Numbered from the stretch's first letter, positions 9,896-20,820 are shown. The stretch: DNA of 64,000 bases from Sulfolobales archaeon (GCA_038832865.1 JAWBJE010000003.1:30775-94774); one strand, 5' to 3'. Numbers and translations are program-made. Notes: generated by a model not told the origin, from the sequence alone.

Positions 9896-10960
9896 GTGGT
9901 AATTCCGTTGGAAGCCGGCATTAGAGGGTGGGGAGTATACGTACCGAGGTTTCGGCTGAGCGCGCACGACGTAGCTACTCTCTGGGGCTATGACAGTAGA
10001 CTGCCTAAGGCTTTAGGCATCATAGAAAAGGCTGTCGCAGAGGAAGACGAAGATTCCGTCACTATGGGTTGGTACGCTGCTAGAGTGGCTATACGGCGAG
10101 CTGGAGTGAGTGGTGAAGAAATAGATGCGGTATTCTTCGGTACTGAATCCAAGCCTTACGCTGTAAAGCCTTCTGCAACGATCGTGGCTGATGCCTTAGG
10201 GATAAAAAAGAGGAAGCTCGCAACAGACTTAGAGTTCGCATGTAGGGCTGCTGGCGAGGGGATAAGGATCTCCATAGGACTTGTGAAGAGTGGTCTTGCG
10301 CAAAACACTCTCGTTATAGGCTCGGATACAGCTCAAGCTAACCCGGGAGACTTACTAGACTTTACTGCGTCATCGGGAGCCGTAGCGTACGTAATAGGTC
10401 CACCCACTAGTTCGGTAGCCACAATAGAAGCTAGCGTAACCTACATTACGGACACCCCCGATTTCTGGAGGAGGGACAGATCTCCTTACCCTGAACACGC
10501 AGAGATATTCACTGGGGAGCCGGCGTACTTTCACCACATAGTTACTGCGGTCAAGCTCTTACTCGAAGAAACAGGCCTGAAGGTAACCGACTTCGACTAT
10601 GCTGTCTTTCATCAACCCAACGGTAGGTTTCCACTTCAAGTAGCCAGGCTGCTTGGGATCCCGCAGGAAAAAGTCGTACCGGGGCTCGTCGCCCCGTATA
10701 TAGGCAATACTTATAACGCATCAGCCCTCATAGGGTTGGCTAAAGTTCTCGAGGAAGCGCGCCCGGGTAGCAGAATTCTCGTGGCTACCTTCGGGAGCGG
10801 TGCTGGAAGCGACGCCTTTAGCGTGGTCGTTAATGAAGCCGTACGCGAGGCAGTAAATAAGGGTCCGAAGGTTTCTGATATGATAAACTCAAGGATCCAG
10901 ATATCCTACGGGGAGTATAGTAAGTTTAGAGGTCTCCTCTTGAGGAACGTAGGTGGTTGA
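9896..10960 (+). CDS. hydroxymethylglutaryl-CoA synthase (archaeal type)
   Basis: GIRGWGVYVPRFRL N-terminus and thiolase-like fold, with the active-site region ATDLEFACRAAG. First gene of the conserved HMGCS/thiolase/DUF35 operon. Confidence 0.85.
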   Translation: MVIPLEAGIRGWGVYVPRFRLSAHDVATLWGYDSRLPKALGIIEKAVAEEDEDSVTMGWYAARVAIRRAGVSGEEIDAVFFGTESKPYAVKPSATIVADALGIKKRKLATDLEFACRAAGEGIRISIGLVKSGLAQNTLVIGSDTAQANPGDLLDFTASSGAVAYVIGPPTSSVATIEASVTYITDTPDFWRRDRSPYPEHAEIFTGEPAYFHHIVTAVKLLLEETGLKVTDFDYAVFHQPNGRFPLQVARLLGIPQEKVVPGLVAPYIGNTYNASALIGLAKVLEEARPGSRILVATFGSGAGSDAFSVVVNEAVREAVNKGPKVSDMINSRIQISYGEYSKFRGLLLRNVGG

Positions 10961-12047
10961 TTTGAGAGTCTACATCGTCGGGGGTTCGGTTGTTAAAGTA
11001 GATAGACACTTCGAATTAGGCTATAGAGACTTAGCCTATAGGGTGGTTAAAGACTGTCTTGAGTGTTCTGATGTAGATTACATAATAGTTTCGTCAGCCT
11101 TTCCAGAGCTGTCGGCACGCCAAGTAGACTTAGGTACTCATATAGTTCAGTGGATTGGTAGGAGGGTCCCTGTAGCTAGAGTAGAGTCCGGCGAGTCATC
11201 TGGCCTAGCCGCTATAGAGCTTGCCGCATCGTTGGTAGCCTCCGGTGCGTACAGACGAGTCATGGTCATCGGAGTCGAGAAAGTTACCGAATACCCAACT
11301 TATGTGGCTAACTACTTTTACTCATTGACTCTAGACTACGAATACGAGGTCCTTAGGGGCGTTTCCCCACCAGTTTACGCAGCTTTAGCCATGAAGGAGC
11401 TCATCAAGTCTGGTGTTAGAAGGGACTGCTTTAGTAACTGGGCGATTAGGATGCACGAAAACGCCATATCAGTGCCTCATGCGATGCTTAAGTTCAGGAT
11501 AACGCACGAGTCCTTTAAAGATGCTCAGGTACTATCGGATCCGCTAACGCTTTACGACAGCTTTGCTTTTGGTGATGGAGCCGCCGCTGTGGTAGTATCA
11601 TCGACACCAGACAGAAACAGTTCCTCCGTTGAAATAGTATTGAGTAAAACCGAGGTCGGTCTACCGGCATACGCTAGAGACAATGTATCAGACTTTCTCG
11701 CTTCCACGAAGCTCCTAAAGGAGGTTATTGAAAAGTTTGAACTAGACTTGAGGAAAGCGGCTGTCGAGCTCCACGATAGCTACACGACGTACCCTATAGC
11801 TATCCTCAGAAGTCTTGGATACGTAGACGATAGGTGCGACCTTACCGAGTTCGAGTTCTTGAATACGAGTGGTGGACTGAAAGCTAGAGGTCACCCAGTA
11901 GGTGCCACCGGCGTATATCAAGCTTACGAAGTCTTCAAGACTCTAACGGACGGCTTAGGTGGTAGGAGAGCTCTATCTGAGTACGGCTTAGTTCACTCGA
12001 TGAGCGGTCCTGATAACTTGTCTCGAGTGCTCGTCTTAAGGAGGTGA
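10953..12047 (+). CDS. acetyl-CoA C-acetyltransferase (thiolase)
   Basis: Thiolase-like protein ending in GGLKARGHPVGATG. Its start overlaps the HMGCS stop and its stop overlaps the DUF35 start. Confidence 0.8.
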   Translation: MVDLRVYIVGGSVVKVDRHFELGYRDLAYRVVKDCLECSDVDYIIVSSAFPELSARQVDLGTHIVQWIGRRVPVARVESGESSGLAAIELAASLVASGAYRRVMVIGVEKVTEYPTYVANYFYSLTLDYEYEVLRGVSPPVYAALAMKELIKSGVRRDCFSNWAIRMHENAISVPHAMLKFRITHESFKDAQVLSDPLTLYDSFAFGDGAAAVVVSSTPDRNSSSVEIVLSKTEVGLPAYARDNVSDFLASTKLLKEVIEKFELDLRKAAVELHDSYTTYPIAILRSLGYVDDRCDLTEFEFLNTSGGLKARGHPVGATGVYQAYEVFKTLTDGLGGRRALSEYGLVHSMSGPDNLSRVLVLRR

Positions 12048-12457
12048 GGTCCCTGAGGCTATCTGCCCCCCAGTTTTGGAGGGTTAAAGAGAACCAATAT
12101 AGACTATTCATAACGGTTTGCAATGAGTGCAGTAGAAGGACTATATTCAAGAGGCCCGTATGTCCCCACTGTGGGTCTAGTAAGGTCGAGTATATAGAGT
12201 CTTCGGGAACGGGGGTAATTGAGAGCTTTACTAAAGTCTACTATAAGACGAGCTCTAGTGAAGACAGATTACCCGAACTAGTTGGAGTAATCAGATTAAG
12301 CGAGGGGGTTAAAGTAATTGGAGAAATCGTTGGAGCGAGGGAGGACGAGCTCAGGGAGAATATGAAGGTCGAGGCCGTCTTAAGGAGGTACTTATCGGAC
12401 GACCCGCATGGAATCATATACTACGGCATAAAGTTTAAACCAGTTTTAACTCACTGA
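12044..12457 (+). CDS. DUF35 OB-fold/zinc-ribbon protein (scaffold of the thiolase/HMGCS complex)
   Basis: CNECSRRTIFKRPVCPHCGS zinc ribbon followed by an OB-fold-sized C-terminal part. Conserved operon position. Confidence 0.8.
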   Translation: MRSLRLSAPQFWRVKENQYRLFITVCNECSRRTIFKRPVCPHCGSSKVEYIESSGTGVIESFTKVYYKTSSSEDRLPELVGVIRLSEGVKVIGEIVGAREDELRENMKVEAVLRRYLSDDPHGIIYYGIKFKPVLTH

Positions 12458-12520
12458 AAGCTTCTATAATGCGATAAAAAAGGCTTATTTTGTGTATTAT
12501 ACTATATCCACGGTGTTCAT

Positions 12521-13732
12521 GTGGATTACGGTAGGTTCGTAGCTAAAGCATCTGAGCTTTTTAGAGCCTCAGAGATCCGTGAGTTACTTAAAGTCGTTGA
12601 AGCCCGAAAAGTTATCAGCTTTGCTGGAGGCTACCCAGACCCTCAGACTTTCCCGCGAGAGTCTCTAGCTAGGATAGCGTACGAAGTCATACTGAACTAC
12701 GGAGACAAAGCCCTTCAGTACTCCCCAACTAAAGGGGTCACTGCCTTCAGAGAGACTCTAGTTAAGTACTTAAAGAATAGTGGGGTGAAGGTGACTAGTG
12801 AAGACGACATCATAATTACGTCCGGTTCGCAGCAAGGACTGGACCTAGTATCTAGGACCCTAATTGACCCAGAGGACTATATAATTACGGAGAACCCAAC
12901 GTACTTGGCAGCTTTAACTGCCTTTAGGACGGCCAGGCCGAACATAATCGGGATACCCATTGATGGTAAAGGGATGAAGACCGAGGTACTTGAGGAAAGA
13001 CTTAAGGAATTGAAGTCTCTCGGAAAAAGAGTCAAGTTTCTATACACGATTCCGATAGCTCATAATCCGGCTGGAACCACCATGAGTCCGGACAGAAAGA
13101 AGCACTTACTTGAGCTAGCATCCCAGTACGACTTCATCGTTATCGAGGACGACCCGTACTCTTTCTTCGTGTACGACGAAGCCGATGTAACTCGGTTAAA
13201 GACTTTAGACCAAGAGGGGAGAGTCATCTACATGAGTACTCTAAGCAAAATACTGTCTCCAGGCCTTAGAGTTGGGTGGATGCTGGGTCCCCGCCAACTC
13301 ATCGACGTGTTCGAGAGAGCTAAGCAGAGCATGGACCTGCACACGTCCACTCTATCGCAGTACATAGCTAAGGAAGCACTAGAGAGAGGCGTCGTTAGTG
13401 AAACCATAGATAGGGCTAAGAGAGTGTATAGAGTGAAACGTGATACTATGTTGAGCGCGCTATCGGAGAACATGGTAGAAAACTCTTGGTGGGCTAAACC
13501 AGTAGGAGGGCTCTTCTTAATGGTATGGCTACCACCTGGTATCGACACTAAGGCCATGCTGCCTGAGGCTGTGGATGAGGGTGTAGTGTACGTACCTGGA
13601 GCGCCGTTCTTTGTCGATGAGAGCGGTAAGAACACTATGAGGCTGAACTTCAGCTATCCGAGCGTTGATGAAATAAGAACGGGAGTAGAGATCCTTGGAA
13701 AGTTGGTTAAGAAAAAAGTGGGGAAGGCGTGA
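12521..13732 (+). CDS. PLP-dependent aminotransferase, class I/II (AspC/LysN-like)
   Basis: About 400 aa fold-type I pattern: NPTY, HNPAGTTMS, and STLSKILSPGLRVGW containing the PLP-lysine motif. Confidence 0.8.
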   Translation: MDYGRFVAKASELFRASEIRELLKVVEARKVISFAGGYPDPQTFPRESLARIAYEVILNYGDKALQYSPTKGVTAFRETLVKYLKNSGVKVTSEDDIIITSGSQQGLDLVSRTLIDPEDYIITENPTYLAALTAFRTARPNIIGIPIDGKGMKTEVLEERLKELKSLGKRVKFLYTIPIAHNPAGTTMSPDRKKHLLELASQYDFIVIEDDPYSFFVYDEADVTRLKTLDQEGRVIYMSTLSKILSPGLRVGWMLGPRQLIDVFERAKQSMDLHTSTLSQYIAKEALERGVVSETIDRAKRVYRVKRDTMLSALSENMVENSWWAKPVGGLFLMVWLPPGIDTKAMLPEAVDEGVVYVPGAPFFVDESGKNTMRLNFSYPSVDEIRTGVEILGKLVKKKVGKA

Positions 13733-14045
13733 AGTTTTGAAGTAGTCTATAGAGCTAGCTATGGTTTCTTAGTTTGAAAGTGTTTGCATCGTCTCGTCTT
13801 ACTACCTCGAATTGGTAGCTTGCGGAGCTCAACACTTGTGTTCCAGGTTTCATGGTGGTTTATATCGGTTAATGTCGCTCCTCTGCTATGGCTAGTAGGT
13901 GAACCCCTTCCCGGGTCTAGCGGAACATTTTTGCGAGCTTCTCTACGTAGCGTAATAATCGGGGCTATCCGATGAGAGGTCGGGAGTCTCGTAGAGGCAG
14001 GTCTAAGTCTTGTAGCTAAAGCTGTTACTATTTGAGGAGTGTGTA

Positions 14046-14939
14046 TTACCGGCTACCGGACTCGCTAGGAGGTATGTAAGCTATATGTGTGTAATACTTA
14101 GCGGATTCCACTACAGCTTTAAGGTTGTCTACCACCTTAAACATGTCCTCTATTTCACTACTTACTCTCCGAGCTACACTCAATGCTTCAGCTATATTGG
14201 GTTTAGCCCTAGATAGGAACACTACCTTCTTTAGACCACCTCCTATGGTCACAAGATACTCTGGAACCAGTGGTGATATATAGAGGGAGTCTGCGCACTT
14301 ACTTATTGCTACGTTGTTTACGTAGGGGTCTAGAGACGATACGTAGACTACGTCAAATTCTCCTCCTACTCTATCGCGTAAGTAGGCTCTCACTCCAAGT
14401 CTAGAGACCCTCCGTAGACCAATCTCGCTAGCGCAAATAGCCTCTGTTTTAATCTCGTCCTTAACTAGCTTTATTAGTGCTACTGCTTCGTAGCCACAGC
14501 CGGTCACTAGTAGTGAAGACCCGGAAAGGCTTGACACAACTAGGGGTAAGTGAGCCAGTAGGGAAGTATAGAGGCCCAACAGACTGGTGAGAGACTGGGG
14601 CACAGGCTCTAAGCAACTAGTGTCTACACTGGCTTGGTCTGCCATAATGCCGTTCTTTACGAGAGCTAGCCTAATAAAGCATCTTGGAGATACTACGGCG
14701 TTCTCCCCGACTACTAAATTGGTCGCTCTATTGCCTAGGTCCAGAACTCTAACCAGTCCTGCTGAACCGACGACCTTCCCGTAAGCATATGGAGTGTAGC
14801 CTCTAGCAGCAGCAACGTCTAGAGGTGTTAGGGCAGCTGAGAGGACTTTGACTAAAGCTTCATCTTCTCTAGCGGGTGGTGGAGGTAGCTCAGAGTATCT
14901 TAACTCACCAGCCAGAACAACAGCACCTATGGTTTTCAT
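14046..14939 (-). CDS. MDR-superfamily (ADH/quinone oxidoreductase-like) protein without obvious zinc ligands
   Basis: GroES-like N-terminus (EDEALVKVLSAALTPLDV) and a Rossmann-like LLVTGCGYEAVALIKL segment. Confidence 0.45.
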   Translation of the reverse strand: MKTIGAVVLAGELRYSELPPPPAREDEALVKVLSAALTPLDVAAARGYTPYAYGKVVGSAGLVRVLDLGNRATNLVVGENAVVSPRCFIRLALVKNGIMADQASVDTSCLEPVPQSLTSLLGLYTSLLAHLPLVVSSLSGSSLLVTGCGYEAVALIKLVKDEIKTEAICASEIGLRRVSRLGVRAYLRDRVGGEFDVVYVSSLDPYVNNVAISKCADSLYISPLVPEYLVTIGGGLKKVVFLSRAKPNIAEALSVARRVSSEIEDMFKVVDNLKAVVESAKYYTHIAYIPPSESGSR

Positions 14940-14981
14940 ACTCTATCTGTATAGGTTAATTAACCTAGCTAAAAATGTAAG

Positions 14982-15557
14982 TTGGGTGGTGTATTGTTTG
15001 AGGAGTTCGCTGGTAAGTTCTACTATCTATTACACCCGAGACCCACGATAGTTATAGGAACGCTATGCCCGAACGGTCGCACCAACTTCATGCCCGCAAG
15101 CTGGAACACCCCCGTTAGCGAAGAACCTCCGACGGTGGCGGTGGCTGTGAATTCTGAGGCGTATACCCGGGAGTGTCTTGATTACTGTGGTGAAGCGAGC
15201 CTCAATATTCTTAGCCTAGATGATGTTCAGCTGCTCTACGATCTCGGTTCTGTGTCGGGTAGAGACGTTGATAAAGTCTCTAAGTTCAGGCTAGAGCTAC
15301 TAGAGAGTCTGAGTATAAAGCCTCCAGGGATCTTGCGGTCCCTAGCAATACTAGAGTCTAAAGTAGTGGGTAAGTATATTATTGGTGAATCCGTCCTCTA
15401 CGTATTCGAGGTAAAAAAAGTGAGGGTTCGCAGTGGAGTTGCGGACAAGTTCGGTTTCATATTATCCGAAAAGGTAAACCTACCGCTCCACGCTAGTGGC
15501 CGTTATTTCTACGGGGTTGGCCAGAGAAAACTGGCTACGAGGAAGACGTCTCCTTGA
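14982..15557 (+). CDS. flavin reductase-like FMN-binding (split-barrel) domain protein
   Basis: HPRPTIVIGT...NFMPASWNTPVS pattern is typical of the flavin reductase domain family. Confidence 0.65.
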   Translation: MGGVLFEEFAGKFYYLLHPRPTIVIGTLCPNGRTNFMPASWNTPVSEEPPTVAVAVNSEAYTRECLDYCGEASLNILSLDDVQLLYDLGSVSGRDVDKVSKFRLELLESLSIKPPGILRSLAILESKVVGKYIIGESVLYVFEVKKVRVRSGVADKFGFILSEKVNLPLHASGRYFYGVGQRKLATRKTSP

Positions 15558-15913
15558 GTAGTAAGCTGATGCTCTCGAGTGGTAAGGTCTTCGGGGACTA
15601 CTCGCTATTAGAGAGATATCTTGAAATCTGCCAAGAAAAGAAAGCCGAGGCTCTTCCGAATTCGTCCGATATAGAGTTCGTAAAGCGCATCGCTAACAGA
15701 GGTCCTGCTTCTCTGAACGAGCTCCTCGGGGAGCTAGCCAAGAGGTTCAAACATAGGGTCGATCCGTCATGCTCCGTCAGAGCTTCTAAGGAGGTACTGA
15801 GTATGGAGCTAGCGGAAGACCAAGCATCTCAGTTGGTCGCAACACAATTAGCCGGTTGGACGCTCGAGATAGCGGAAGCGCTTGGGATCATTAAGCTTAA
15901 GAGGTTATCATGA
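15554..15913 (+). CDS. hypothetical protein
   Basis: 119-codon ORF whose start overlaps the preceding stop by 4 nt. No recognisable motif. Confidence 0.35.
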   Translation: MSSKLMLSSGKVFGDYSLLERYLEICQEKKAEALPNSSDIEFVKRIANRGPASLNELLGELAKRFKHRVDPSCSVRASKEVLSMELAEDQASQLVATQLAGWTLEIAEALGIIKLKRLS

Positions 15914-16000
15914 TCTAGGTCAGAGACGCTTTCTTATCACGACCGCATCCCTAACTATGTTTTCAAGATAGAGAGCTTAATTTTATAAGACCTCTCTCCG

Positions 16001-17053
16001 CTATTTCAACCTAAGTACTGCTGACCCCCTAATTTTAGCCAACTTTAGGTCCCTGAGAGCCCTGTTCACCTCTTCGAGAGAGTAGACCTGGACTTCAGTT
16101 TTTAGACTGTACTTCGATGCGATACTCAATAGCTCTGTTACGTCCCTTCGCGTAACGTTAGCAACACTCCGAACTGTCTTCTCGAGCCATAGGTGGTTAG
16201 TGTAATCTAAGGCGATCGGTGTCTGCTTTCTAATCACGTTCACCACTAAAATTCCTCCTCTATCTAGTAATTCGAGAGCTCTAGTCGTTATCTCTCCAAC
16301 CGGCGTGAAGTCTATGGCTCTATCGAGCTTCTTAGGTGGTGTATCGTTCGGGTGACCAGTCCAGTCTGCTCCCAGCTTTTCTGCCAGCTCTCTATGCTCT
16401 AAGCTCCTACTGAACACGTAAACCTCGATATTTGGGAAGAGCTTTTTGACTACCTGCAGTATGATGTGTGCACTAGCACCGAAACCGAAAAGTCCTAGCC
16501 TCGATCCGTCTTTAAGGTTTGCGAGCTTGAGGGCTCTATAGCCGACTGCGCCAGCGCAAAGCAGTGGTGCTACACTAACGTAGTCAGCACTTTTAGGGAT
16601 CGGGTAAACGAAGTCAGCATAGGCTACTACGAATTCGGCATATCCACCGTTAAGGTGGCATCCGGTCGCCATAAACTCGGCACAAAGGTTTTCTAACCCA
16701 GTTGTACAGAAGCTGCATCTCCCACAAGTCTTTCCAACCCAAGCTACACCTACTGTTTCACCGATCCTTGGGTAATCACCCTTCACTCCGGGTCCTACCT
16801 CAACTATTCTACCCACTACCTGATGCCCTGGAATTATCGGGATCCTGCAACGTACTCTTCCCTCAATTATGTCTATGTCGGTATAGCACACACCACAAGC
16901 TAGAACCTCTAGAACGACTTGGCCTGGACCAGCAGTAGGGTGTGGGTAGTCTTCAATAGATAGAGGATTTTCGCGCCAAGGTAGCTCTGGATACCTTCGA
17001 GATAATCCATCGGTTTTGATTTCCGCGACTTCGCGTAAAACTGCGGCCTTCAA
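16001..17053 (-). CDS. zinc-dependent alcohol dehydrogenase
   Basis: Catalytic Zn motif CGVCYTDIDI...GHQVVGRIVEVG, structural Zn cluster CGRCSFCTTGLENLC, and Rossmann motif GLFGFGASAH. Confidence 0.85.
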   Translation of the reverse strand: MKAAVLREVAEIKTDGLSRRYPELPWRENPLSIEDYPHPTAGPGQVVLEVLACGVCYTDIDIIEGRVRCRIPIIPGHQVVGRIVEVGPGVKGDYPRIGETVGVAWVGKTCGRCSFCTTGLENLCAEFMATGCHLNGGYAEFVVAYADFVYPIPKSADYVSVAPLLCAGAVGYRALKLANLKDGSRLGLFGFGASAHIILQVVKKLFPNIEVYVFSRSLEHRELAEKLGADWTGHPNDTPPKKLDRAIDFTPVGEITTRALELLDRGGILVVNVIRKQTPIALDYTNHLWLEKTVRSVANVTRRDVTELLSIASKYSLKTEVQVYSLEEVNRALRDLKLAKIRGSAVLRLK

Positions 17054-17198
17054 CCACTTCCCCTAAGCTTTTGGTTGTTATACTTAAAACTAAGTCCATA
17101 GCTAGTCGCCTACGCTTTTGAGGATTTCTTTACCCCACTGTTAGAGCACTAGTTTGAGGAGGTCGTTTAATATGATTTAATATCTCGCGTGAACAGAT

Positions 17199-18161
17199 TT
17201 GGAGACTGCGATGAGGTGTAGCGTAAAGACGCCTCAGTCTCTTCTTGTAAAAGGTATTGGAATGGTGCTAGAGTGCCTAGATGTAGGTATGAATCTCGCA
17301 AACCCCATCGACGACATCAAAGCCTTCTTAATCGACCTAATCGACGATTACGTTAACGTTGGTGTGGTCAAGGTAGAGTTTACTGAGAACGAACCTATAG
17401 GAACGAACTACGTTATCTTTAAGTACCACCTGTTTAATGAGTCCGGCTTTATTTCATCTTGTAGGGCTGTCTTGAGGAAGAAGGTGCTTGAGGAGGTGCT
17501 GTGCACTTTTGGTGCAGGTAAAGCAGTTCGTGTTCAGAGGGGCTCTACTAGCGAAGCATATGAGCCTAAGCTACCACCAGCTGATAAGCGTTCCTCGAGC
17601 GGTCCAGCTCCAGGTCAATACTATATAGACCACTTCATTATCTACAGAGTCTTAGGCACTCCAAAGATAGACTTAAACTCCTGGAAGCTCAGAGTTGAAG
17701 GTATGGTGAGGAACGCTCTAGAGCTGACGTTTAGCGACATAGAGAAGTTGCCTAAAACATCTTTAATAAGAGACTTCCACTGCGTTACAGGCTGGTCCGT
17801 CAGTTCAGTCAAGTGGGAAGGAGTTAAGCTAAAGCTGATAGTCGATGAGGCAGGACCATACGAAAGAGCCAAGTGGGTGTTTGTTACGGGTTTAGACGGA
17901 TACTCGTCCGTTATCCCCCTAGAAGATTTTACTTCAGAAGACGCGCTACTAGTCATTAAGATAAACGACAGACCCCTTACGGTAGAGCAGGGATTTCCGG
18001 CTAGGATCTTCGTACCACACCTATACGGCTGGAAGAGCGTGAAGTGGGTTAGTCGGATAGAGTTTATTGATAGATACGTAGACGGATACTGGGAGGCTCT
18101 AGGCTACCACGAGAGGGGTAACGTGTTCCTAGAGGAGAGATTCAAAAAGACTCTACTTTAG
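17199..18161 (+). CDS. molybdopterin-binding oxidoreductase (sulfite oxidase/YedY family)
   Basis: FHCVTGWSVSSVKWEGV and GFPARIFVPHLYGWKSVKWV are hallmark segments of the Mo-co binding domain. Confidence 0.75.
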   Translation: METAMRCSVKTPQSLLVKGIGMVLECLDVGMNLANPIDDIKAFLIDLIDDYVNVGVVKVEFTENEPIGTNYVIFKYHLFNESGFISSCRAVLRKKVLEEVLCTFGAGKAVRVQRGSTSEAYEPKLPPADKRSSSGPAPGQYYIDHFIIYRVLGTPKIDLNSWKLRVEGMVRNALELTFSDIEKLPKTSLIRDFHCVTGWSVSSVKWEGVKLKLIVDEAGPYERAKWVFVTGLDGYSSVIPLEDFTSEDALLVIKINDRPLTVEQGFPARIFVPHLYGWKSVKWVSRIEFIDRYVDGYWEALGYHERGNVFLEERFKKTLL

Positions 18162-18717
18162 ATTCTTCACTAGACTTTCGCGAGAGCCTGAACCCACTAG
18201 CTAGAGTATGCCTACACCGCTTCTTTAAGCTATAGCGGATCTTACTGTACTTAATCTTAACTCTCCACAGTTTCTCCTGGATTGCGTAGCTAGCTGTACC
18301 TATAGCTATAGCTAATGATACTGCTACTACCGCATGCGCAAAGTAGCTCGTGAAGTACGCAAATGCAGAAGTACCTAGTATCGCATACGGCAAGTACCCT
18401 CGCCTTCTTGACAGCATATACAGGGTAAACGCCAGTACTACTGAGACCGCTACAGCATGCCCGTAATCCACGCGCAACCCAGTTAGCTGGTAGACGGCGT
18501 GTAGGAGGACAACTGAGGCAGAAACAGATATGGCAACTCTATGGAGAAACAACCCTAAAACAAAAAATACTACGAATATAGGAATAGCTACAGCTATAAC
18601 AATGCTATCTACCCCTAGTTGCGCACTTAAAGCAGAGCCGGCTAAAAATAACGCAGTAATAGCTAGCGAAATAGCTGAGACTATTCTTCTAGCGCTATAT
18701 CCGAAGACCGACACCAA
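18142..18717 (-). CDS. integral membrane protein, unknown function
   Basis: 191-codon ORF with about five hydrophobic helices and a basic C-terminal tail. Confidence 0.45.
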   Translation of the reverse strand: MVSVFGYSARRIVSAISLAITALFLAGSALSAQLGVDSIVIAVAIPIFVVFFVLGLFLHRVAISVSASVVLLHAVYQLTGLRVDYGHAVAVSVVLAFTLYMLSRRRGYLPYAILGTSAFAYFTSYFAHAVVAVSLAIAIGTASYAIQEKLWRVKIKYSKIRYSLKKRCRHTLASGFRLSRKSSEESKVESF

Positions 18718-18764
18718 GACGCTAAGGGACGCTAGTAGGTAAGCAAGTATCGTGCTGGAGCACC

Positions 18765-19919
18765 TTATGCTTTAATCTCTTTACCTATTAGTGTTTCAAG
18801 AAACGCTATCCTCTTCCACACCGGCGGGTGAGTGGATAGAAGCTCCTCCAACCCTATAAATGGCTCAGTGAAGGCGTAGATGAAGAGAGTCCTGAGTTTA
18901 CTATTCGCTATAGTCGACTTACCGAAGCGCTTATAGAACCCGTCAAGGGACCGTAGAGCGCCGATCATGGCAAACGGAGACGTTACTTTAGCTCCATGCG
19001 CATCAGCGTAGAATTCCCTCAATCTCGATAGAGCTAGCACGGCAAACTGTATCAGTATGCTTAAGGCCATTACGACTCCTCCAACAGCAACTAACAGAAG
19101 ACCCGAGCTTCCATTGCGTCTCCTGCTACCATCCGCGTACCTACCAGCGTATAGTCCGATATACAGAAGAAACCTGCCCATGTAGTATATGACCGTGGGA
19201 AGAATCCCAAATACCATCATAACTGAGTTGTCTCTATGTTTGTGGTGACCGAGCTCGTGTCCTATAACAGCCTTAAGCTCTTCTTCATTTCTGAGAGTTC
19301 TGAGTAAGCCGTCAGTAACAGCAATAAACCTTCCAGCTATAGGAGATGAATATGCGAATGCGTTTGGCACCGTCATGGACGACCTCATTGCCTTCGGGGG
19401 CTTAATTCCGGCCCTCCTAGCTACTTCACTAACTAGCTTCTGTAACTCGGGGTCGTACCTGCAACCGTAAAATGCGTTAACTAGAAACGGGGAAAAGAGC
19501 CAGGTGACCACTGAAGGAATTACGGCGAATAGGAATGCTATTGATGCCAAACTAACGGTTAGCTCCTCACCTAGAAGGTAAGATACCAACCCGAATACCA
19601 GAACTACACCACCGATTACAGCAGCCGCCGTAGATATCATCGAAGCTCTTAGAGCATCCATATCTGCCGGAATCCTCTTCTCTATAAACCTACCCAGTAT
19701 TACACCGGAGAGGACTAGTGTTACTATAGCTATGACGTACCCTAAGACGTCTACGAGCCACCACAGCCACATGAACCTAAAGATACCAAAGGGAGCTACA
19801 TACCCTGGCGCAAAGTAGTAGAAAAGTAATTGTATGGCTAGCAACGTCACGACAGCTATAGAGAGCAGAGATAGAGCTAGGAGGACCTTTGTCTTCATCT
19901 GGTTCACCACTCCAAACAT
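18765..19919 (-). CDS. M48-family (HtpX/Ste24-like) zinc metalloprotease
   Basis: HELGHHKHRD (HExxH) motif embedded between multiple transmembrane helices. Confidence 0.8.
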   Translation of the reverse strand: MFGVVNQMKTKVLLALSLLSIAVVTLLAIQLLFYYFAPGYVAPFGIFRFMWLWWLVDVLGYVIAIVTLVLSGVILGRFIEKRIPADMDALRASMISTAAAVIGGVVLVFGLVSYLLGEELTVSLASIAFLFAVIPSVVTWLFSPFLVNAFYGCRYDPELQKLVSEVARRAGIKPPKAMRSSMTVPNAFAYSSPIAGRFIAVTDGLLRTLRNEEELKAVIGHELGHHKHRDNSVMMVFGILPTVIYYMGRFLLYIGLYAGRYADGSRRRNGSSGLLLVAVGGVVMALSILIQFAVLALSRLREFYADAHGAKVTSPFAMIGALRSLDGFYKRFGKSTIANSKLRTLFIYAFTEPFIGLEELLSTHPPVWKRIAFLETLIGKEIKA

Positions 19920-20620
19920 CTTCCCTTGTTTTCGCTTAAAAATCTTCCTTGAGCTCTTATGACGCTATCAAGCGCCTCCTTAGGAGATGGAGCTGCGACA
20001 ACCCTACTGCCGACTATTTCTACGTCAGCTCCATTGCATAAAGCTTCACCGGGCTCAGCTCCAGCTGCAAATATTCCGGGCGAGAGAATAACATATCTGC
20101 TTCTGAAGGTCTCCCTTAGGTCTCGTATAATCGTGGTCTTACCTGCTGGAACAATAAGCCCGCTAGGGTCTATCAGCGGGATCATCCTCTTGATATCCGG
20201 GTACCTGCTATCGATCATGAAGGAGGCCGGATGGTCGAAGGTCACCTGAAGCAGTAGGTCTAGTCCTATGCTCCTACACTTCCTTGACGCTCGGTCTAGC
20301 ACACCCTCGTATCCCATGAAGGCATTAACTACAACCCCATTGAATCCGGCGTCTCTCACGAGCTCTACCGTATACTCTATTATCTGAGCCACGTCGCTGA
20401 GTTTTAGATCGGCAATAAAGTATGTACTCGGCGATGAGTCTATGAGGCTTTTTAGAGCCTTTAACCCCTTACTCAGTATAAACGGTGTTCCTATTTTGAA
20501 TCCGGCAACAAGACTCTTCGTACTGGACACCAGGTCTGCCACGAAGCCTAAGTCCAGCTTGGGGTTGTCTATGGCTATCATCAACCTACTTTGAGCCCTG
20601 CTAATGGCGTCTCGTATCAT
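19904..20620 (-). CDS. pyrF: orotidine 5'-phosphate decarboxylase
   Basis: LMIAIDN, FKIGTPFILSKG, FIADLKLSDV and LSPGIFAAGAEPGEAL...IVGSRVV align by eye with the archaeal ODCase motifs (AxD, KIG, DxKxxD, PG.GAQGG). Confidence 0.8.
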   Translation of the reverse strand: MIRDAISRAQSRLMIAIDNPKLDLGFVADLVSSTKSLVAGFKIGTPFILSKGLKALKSLIDSSPSTYFIADLKLSDVAQIIEYTVELVRDAGFNGVVVNAFMGYEGVLDRASRKCRSIGLDLLLQVTFDHPASFMIDSRYPDIKRMIPLIDPSGLIVPAGKTTIIRDLRETFRSRYVILSPGIFAAGAEPGEALCNGADVEIVGSRVVAAPSPKEALDSVIRAQGRFLSENKGRCLEW

Positions 20621-20820
20621 TCCTCAGCACCAAACCCTAAACTCATAGACAGGCTTAAAACCGTCCGCCATGCACCAAAACTAACCCGACTTTGTTTCTC
20701 ACGGAGGTTCATGTTGCACCAGGAGGACTACTGGAATTCAATTCTCGAGAAAGGGTCTGATGAAAATCTCGGTTAACCCGTAGGAATGGATCTGATGACC
20801 GTAAAGGTTTTAAGAGTATC